Of a DNA stretch of 64,000 nucleotides, positions 58,041 through 64,000 are shown in pieces. Numbering within the stretch: the first letter of the stretch is position 1; the number at the start of each line of letters is the position of its first letter. The notes under the pieces were generated by a model. The model worked only from the letters and a program-made list of their open reading frames with translations, was not told the DNA's origin and did not search any database. The position numbers and the translations under genes were made by a program. Source of the DNA: Capnocytophaga leadbetteri (GTDB lineage: Bacteria > Bacteroidota > Bacteroidia > Flavobacteriales > Flavobacteriaceae); NCBI RefSeq assembly GCF_938018165.1, contig NZ_CALIIH010000010.1; one strand, 5' to 3'.

Positions 58041-59978
58041 AAAGTATCGTTTAAACGCTTCTATAGCTTCATAATCAGCCAAGCCTAAATTGCGATAGCG
58101 TTGTGCTGTTTGGCTATTGCGCGCTTCTGCACGTTGCCAGAACTCACGCAAGTCATCTCCTTGAAACATCGCACCATCTTTTTGTGATTGGTGGAAGAAG
58201 ATAGCCTGACGTTTCTTAAGCACTTGCGCCGGACTCATAGGCACTGCCATTTCTATTTCGTGTATATCCCATTCGTGCCAAGCGCCACGGTATAACCATA
58301 CCCAGCAGTCTTTCATATAATCCTTGTGTTTCAAGTTCTTAAGCGCTGCAAAAATAGCGTCTAAGCACACTTTGTGAGTACCGTGAGGGTCAGCAAGGTC
58401 ACCAGCGGCATATATTTGGTGTGGTTTTACCTCTTCTATAAGGTTCATTATGATGTTGATATCTGCCTCACCTATAGGGTTTTTCTTCACGCCTCCTGTT
58501 TCGTAGAAAGGCAAGTTCAGGAAGTGTACGTGTTTATCAGGTACGCCTTCGTAACGAGTAGCTGCCAATGATTCGTGGCGACGTATATTACCTTTTAGTT
58601 GGCGTACTAATAAGGTATCTATTTCATTAGATTTCTTATTAGTGATATTGCTGATAATCTCATCAAGTACAGCTACTTCGCCTTTGTTTTCTTTTACTAT
58701 ATCTTTAAACACTTCAGCAAATTTCAATGCTTCGTGGTCTGATACGGCAAAGTTACCTGAAGTTTGGTAAGCGATGTGTACTTCGTGTCCTTGTGATACC
58801 AAGCGGTCAAAAGTACCTCCCATTGAAATAACGTCATCATCAGGGTGCGGACTGAAGATAATAACGCGTTTTTTGTGTGGGTGTTCGCGTTCTGGGCGGT
58901 TAGTGTCATCAGCATTAGGTTTACCTCCTGGCCAACCGGTGATAGTGTGTTGTAGGCGGTTAAACATCGCGATATTCAAATCGTAAGCTGGGCCTGATTC
59001 GGCAAGAAGTTTAGACATACCGTTTTCGTTGTAGTCAGAGTCGGTAAGTTTAAGTATCGTTTTGCCCAAGTGCTCGCATAGCCATACGATAGCTTTAGCC
59101 TTAAGGTCTTCGTTCCATTGTACATCGGTCACGAGCCAAGGAGTGTTGATACGAGTAAGAGCTGAAGCCGCTTCTGCGTCAAGCACAAAAGTAGTATTAT
59201 CGTGCAATTGTAGGTAAGATGAAGGCACTTCCGAAGTAATATCACCTTCTACTGCTTTCGCCACGATAGAAGCTTTGCTGCTACCCCACGCCAATAGTAC
59301 AATGCGGCGTGCTTTCATCACAGTGCGAATACCCATAGTGATAGCCTGACGTGGCACGTTGTCTATACCGTGGAAAGTTTCAGCAGCATCAGAGCGAGTG
59401 ATATGGTCAAGAGTGATGATACGGGTTCCTGAATTGCGGTTAGAGCCTGGCTCATTAAAACCAATGTGACCTGTACGACCTATACCCAAAAGCTGGAAGT
59501 CAATACCGCCACATTCTTCTATTTTTTTATCATAACCTGCACAATAAGCTTGCAATTCTTCGTGCGAAACAGTTCCGTTAGGTATATTGATGTTTTCTTT
59601 AGGAATATCAATATGGTTGAACAGATGTTCGTGCATAAAGTACCAATAACTTTGGATATCTTGTTTTTCCATAGGATAATACTCGTCCAAGTTAAAGGTA
59701 ATAACATTTTTAAAGCTAAGCCCTTCTTCTTTGTGCATACGTACCAATTCGTCATACACTTTCACTGGCGAAGAACCTGTGGCTAAACCTAATACGCAAG
59801 GTTTTCCCTCTTGTTGTTTTTTTCTAATGAGGTCGGCTATTTCGTGAGCCACACTCACAGAAGCAGTTACAGAATTAGAGAAGATTACATTGTCTATCTT
59901 CTCAAAACGAGTTTCCTCAACAGACCCTGCTGGGTGATGAGCAATCGATGACACTTCTTTTTTAATATGTGTTCTCAT
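58035..59978 (-). CDS. nagB: Glucosamine-6-phosphate deaminase, long Bacteroidota form with a C-terminal LmbE/PIG-L-like deacetylase domain. The start is corrected to ATG 59978 (MRTHIKK...).
   Basis: The NagB motifs are 'LGLATGSSPVKVYDELV' and 'FNLDEY'. The C-terminal 'RVIIFSPHPDDDVISMGGT' is the LmbE signature. A -7 box (reverse complement of 60019-60026, TACTTTTG) lies upstream. Confidence 0.85.
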   Translation of the reverse strand: MRTHIKKEVSSIAHHPAGSVEETRFEKIDNVIFSNSVTASVSVAHEIADLIRKKQQEGKPCVLGLATGSSPVKVYDELVRMHKEEGLSFKNVITFNLDEYYPMEKQDIQSYWYFMHEHLFNHIDIPKENINIPNGTVSHEELQAYCAGYDKKIEECGGIDFQLLGIGRTGHIGFNEPGSNRNSGTRIITLDHITRSDAAETFHGIDNVPRQAITMGIRTVMKARRIVLLAWGSSKASIVAKAVEGDITSEVPSSYLQLHDNTTFVLDAEAASALTRINTPWLVTDVQWNEDLKAKAIVWLCEHLGKTILKLTDSDYNENGMSKLLAESGPAYDLNIAMFNRLQHTITGWPGGKPNADDTNRPEREHPHKKRVIIFSPHPDDDVISMGGTFDRLVSQGHEVHIAYQTSGNFAVSDHEALKFAEVFKDIVKENKGEVAVLDEIISNITNKKSNEIDTLLVRQLKGNIRRHESLAATRYEGVPDKHVHFLNLPFYETGGVKKNPIGEADINIIMNLIEEVKPHQIYAAGDLADPHGTHKVCLDAIFAALKNLKHKDYMKDCWVWLYRGAWHEWDIHEIEMAVPMSPAQVLKKRQAIFFHQSQKDGAMFQGDDLREFWQRAEARNSQTAQRYRNLGLADYEAIEAFKRYFF

Positions 59979-60092
59979 TTTGTTGATAATGATTTTTTTA
60001 TTACAAGTTTTGACACGGCAAAAGTACAATACTTTTATGAATTAAGCAAATAATTTTAAGAATTATTTATCACATTTTAAATACGAAACACA

Positions 60093-60141
60093 AAAGACGA
60101 AATACGAGCAATTCTTTTTCGTATTTCGTCTTTAGTTTTTC
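60093..60141 (-). terminator. Terminator after yidC (13-14-bp perfect stem agacgaaatacga / tcgtatttcgtct)
   Basis: aaagacgaaatacgagcaattctttttcgtatttcgtctttagttttt. Confidence 0.8.
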
Positions 60142-60165
60142 GCATTCGTCTTTCGCCTCTGGCTA

Positions 60166-61986
60166 TTATTTTCTTTGTTGCGCTTTTCTCTGAGCTTCTG
60201 CCTGCTCCATCATCTCACGCATCTTAGCCTGAAATTTGCTTTCTTTCTTAGGTTTCATCTTGTTTTCTTGTATCTGTGCGTGTATCTTCTTTTCGTCAAG
60301 AATCCAATGCTTAATAGCCAACATAATAAGGATAGTCAGCAAGTTAGACACAAAGTAGTACAAGCTGAGTCCGCTGGCGTAGTTGTTAAAGAAGAACAAC
60401 ATCATCACAGGCGATAAGTAAATCAAGAACTTCATATTAGGCATACCAGGTTGCTGTGGTTGTACGGTCTGTGCCATTGTCATTAGCGAGTAGATAAAAA
60501 TAGCTACTGAAGCCAATAGTGGGAACAGACTCACGTGGCTGCCGTAAAAAGGAATTGAGAAAGGCAACTCAAATATCGCATCGTATGACGAAAGGTCTTC
60601 TGCCCATAAGAAACTCTTTTGGCGAAGCCCAAATTCAGTAGGGAAAAAGTTGAAGAGGGCTAAGAACACTGGCAACTGCAAGAGGGCAGGAATACAGCCA
60701 CTCATAGGGTTTACACCCGCCTTGCTGTAGAGTGCCATCGTTTCTTGTTGGCGTTTCATCGGCTCTTCATATTTCTTGTTAATCTCTTCTATTTCAGGGC
60801 GTAGCACCTTCATTTTCGCTTGCGACACATACGATTTGTACACTATAGGCGATAGTAATAAGCGCACTATAATAGTCATCAGTATAATTACCAAACCTAC
60901 TGAAAAATAGTCAGCAAGGAAGTTGTACAGCGGTATAAAGAGCCACTTGTTCAACCAACCAAAGATACCCCATCCTAAAGGAATTAACTCGGTAAGCTCA
61001 TATTTATCATTGTATTGTTTTAGCACATTGTAGTCACTAGGACCAAAATAAAAGTGTAACGATTCACTTAACTCACCACCTTTAGTCTTAAGCGGAAAAG
61101 TACTTTTAAGGTTTTTAGTATATTTCACATCTTTGCTCTCTTCATTAGCGATGTTATACGACAAAAAGTCTCCGTTAGCAAAAGCGCTGTCCGAAATGAG
61201 CACCGAAGTAAATAGGTGTTGTTTATAGGCTACCCAGCTTACTTGCTCTTCTTTAGTACCGCTATTACCTCCTTGACTCATACGGTTTATTTTGTCGTCA
61301 GCATACCTAATAGCCGATTGGGTATAGCGGTTTTCATACGTTACGCTCTTTTCCATACGGCGTGCTTTCAGTCCCCATACTAACTCTATAGGATTTTGAC
61401 TGTTTAGCACTCCCGAAAGCCCCTGACTGCGCACTGCTACATCTACCATATAGCCTTCTGCTGGCAACGTATACACATATTCTAAATAGCTGTTTTCTCC
61501 TGTTTTGACCTTCATCGAAAGGAGTTGCTTCCCGTCTTTCTGACTTAGTGAAGGCTCAAAATACAACTGTTGGGTATTGAGTTCTTGCCCTTGAGTGGTT
61601 TTAAAATTGAGAGCAAAAATAGCGTTTTTATCCTTTATAAGATATACCGGCATCGACTCATACGTCTTAAACTGTTTGAGTAATACCTCTTTTAGGTCTC
61701 CACCTTTATTGTTAATAGTCAGCTTTACATCTTTATTCTCAATTACGGTCACTCCGTCTTTAGCAGTTGCTTGAGCGTTGCCATAAGCGAAAGCCCCTAA
61801 GTCAGCCGTAGCAGCAGTTGCTGTATTGTTTTGTGGGTTCTTGGTAGCAGCGGCTTGTTCTTGTTCAGCTTTGCGTTTTGCCAACTCTTCTTGGGTTGGA
61901 CGATTGTTATTCATTACCCATAGCAGCAAGATAAATATAAGCACAAAGCCTATGATGCTTTTCAGGTCAAACTTTTTTTCTTCCAT
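60166..61986 (-). CDS. yidC: Membrane protein insertase YidC (long Bacteroidota form)
   Basis: It has an N-terminal TM, a large periplasmic domain, and a C-terminal 5-TM core with the 'GCIPALLQLPVFLALF' motif. The C-terminal tail is basic. Confidence 0.9.
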   Translation of the reverse strand: MEEKKFDLKSIIGFVLIFILLLWVMNNNRPTQEELAKRKAEQEQAAATKNPQNNTATAATADLGAFAYGNAQATAKDGVTVIENKDVKLTINNKGGDLKEVLLKQFKTYESMPVYLIKDKNAIFALNFKTTQGQELNTQQLYFEPSLSQKDGKQLLSMKVKTGENSYLEYVYTLPAEGYMVDVAVRSQGLSGVLNSQNPIELVWGLKARRMEKSVTYENRYTQSAIRYADDKINRMSQGGNSGTKEEQVSWVAYKQHLFTSVLISDSAFANGDFLSYNIANEESKDVKYTKNLKSTFPLKTKGGELSESLHFYFGPSDYNVLKQYNDKYELTELIPLGWGIFGWLNKWLFIPLYNFLADYFSVGLVIILMTIIVRLLLSPIVYKSYVSQAKMKVLRPEIEEINKKYEEPMKRQQETMALYSKAGVNPMSGCIPALLQLPVFLALFNFFPTEFGLRQKSFLWAEDLSSYDAIFELPFSIPFYGSHVSLFPLLASVAIFIYSLMTMAQTVQPQQPGMPNMKFLIYLSPVMMLFFFNNYASGLSLYYFVSNLLTILIMLAIKHWILDEKKIHAQIQENKMKPKKESKFQAKMREMMEQAEAQRKAQQRK

Positions 61987-62009
61987 ATAAATATAATAAT
62001 TATCGTTTT

Positions 62010-63647
<1,638 letters not shown>

Positions 63648-63650
63648 TTA

Positions 63651-63999
<349 letters not shown>

Positions 64000-64000
64000 T

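Noticed and set aside
58035-60029. 17-codon N-terminal extension of nagB (MYFCRVKTCNKKIIINK)
   Set aside because: The extension covers the -7 box at 60019-60026. ATG 59978 is 41 nt downstream of that box and gives a normal N-terminus.

Overview
This 64-kb window looks like a Bacteroidota chromosome segment, most likely Flavobacteriaceae. I infer that from the AT-rich sequence, the recurrent TAnnTTTG-type -7 promoter boxes ('ttgtacctttgc') and the presence of T9SS PorP/SprF and PorT genes. Gene content and repeat style would fit Capnocytophaga, but nothing here can confirm that.

Most of the window is dense housekeeping. Plus-strand genes include an ABC-F ATPase, ubiE, a ccsBA fusion, kdsA, a CCA/HD nucleotidyltransferase, alaS, a ferredoxin-NADP reductase plus 2Fe-2S ferredoxin, an M16 peptidase, an S41 protease and an MscS channel. 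A tRNA-Gly(UCC) sits on the minus strand, followed by a long minus-strand block: TrmH, RelA/SpoT, a DnaQ-like exonuclease, clpS, ktrAB, guaB, YebC, CapA, psd, OmpA, nagB (long LmbE-fused form), yidC and pyrG.

The stand-out accessory region is about 8.4-14.4 kb. It holds a metallophosphoesterase pseudogene with an internal deletion. Next come two overlapping, visibly AT-rich genes: a DUF262(ParB-like)+DUF1524(HNH-like) GmrSD-type protein and a DUF262-only paralog with a roughly 500-aa uncharacterised C-terminal region. The segment is bounded by a 15-bp exact direct repeat and a strong terminator. Immediately downstream are a 96-aa standalone REC-fold protein (cREC-like) and a WYL-domain HTH regulator. 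I flag this as a candidate regulated, modification-dependent or otherwise novel defence island.

Other notable items:
- A PIN-domain toxin with an unrecognised upstream partner, translationally coupled into a dehydrogenase gene.
- Two oriented 9-bp tandem-repeat arrays (consensus TGRGANRGN) upstream of the ABC-F gene and pyrG.
- A dispersed family of 'TTGACAAAT'-type mini-repeat clusters at eight or more gene ends.
- Intragenic tandem repeats in two outer-membrane proteins.
- Several clean rho-independent terminators.

All protein calls rest on motif recognition by eye; no database search was run.
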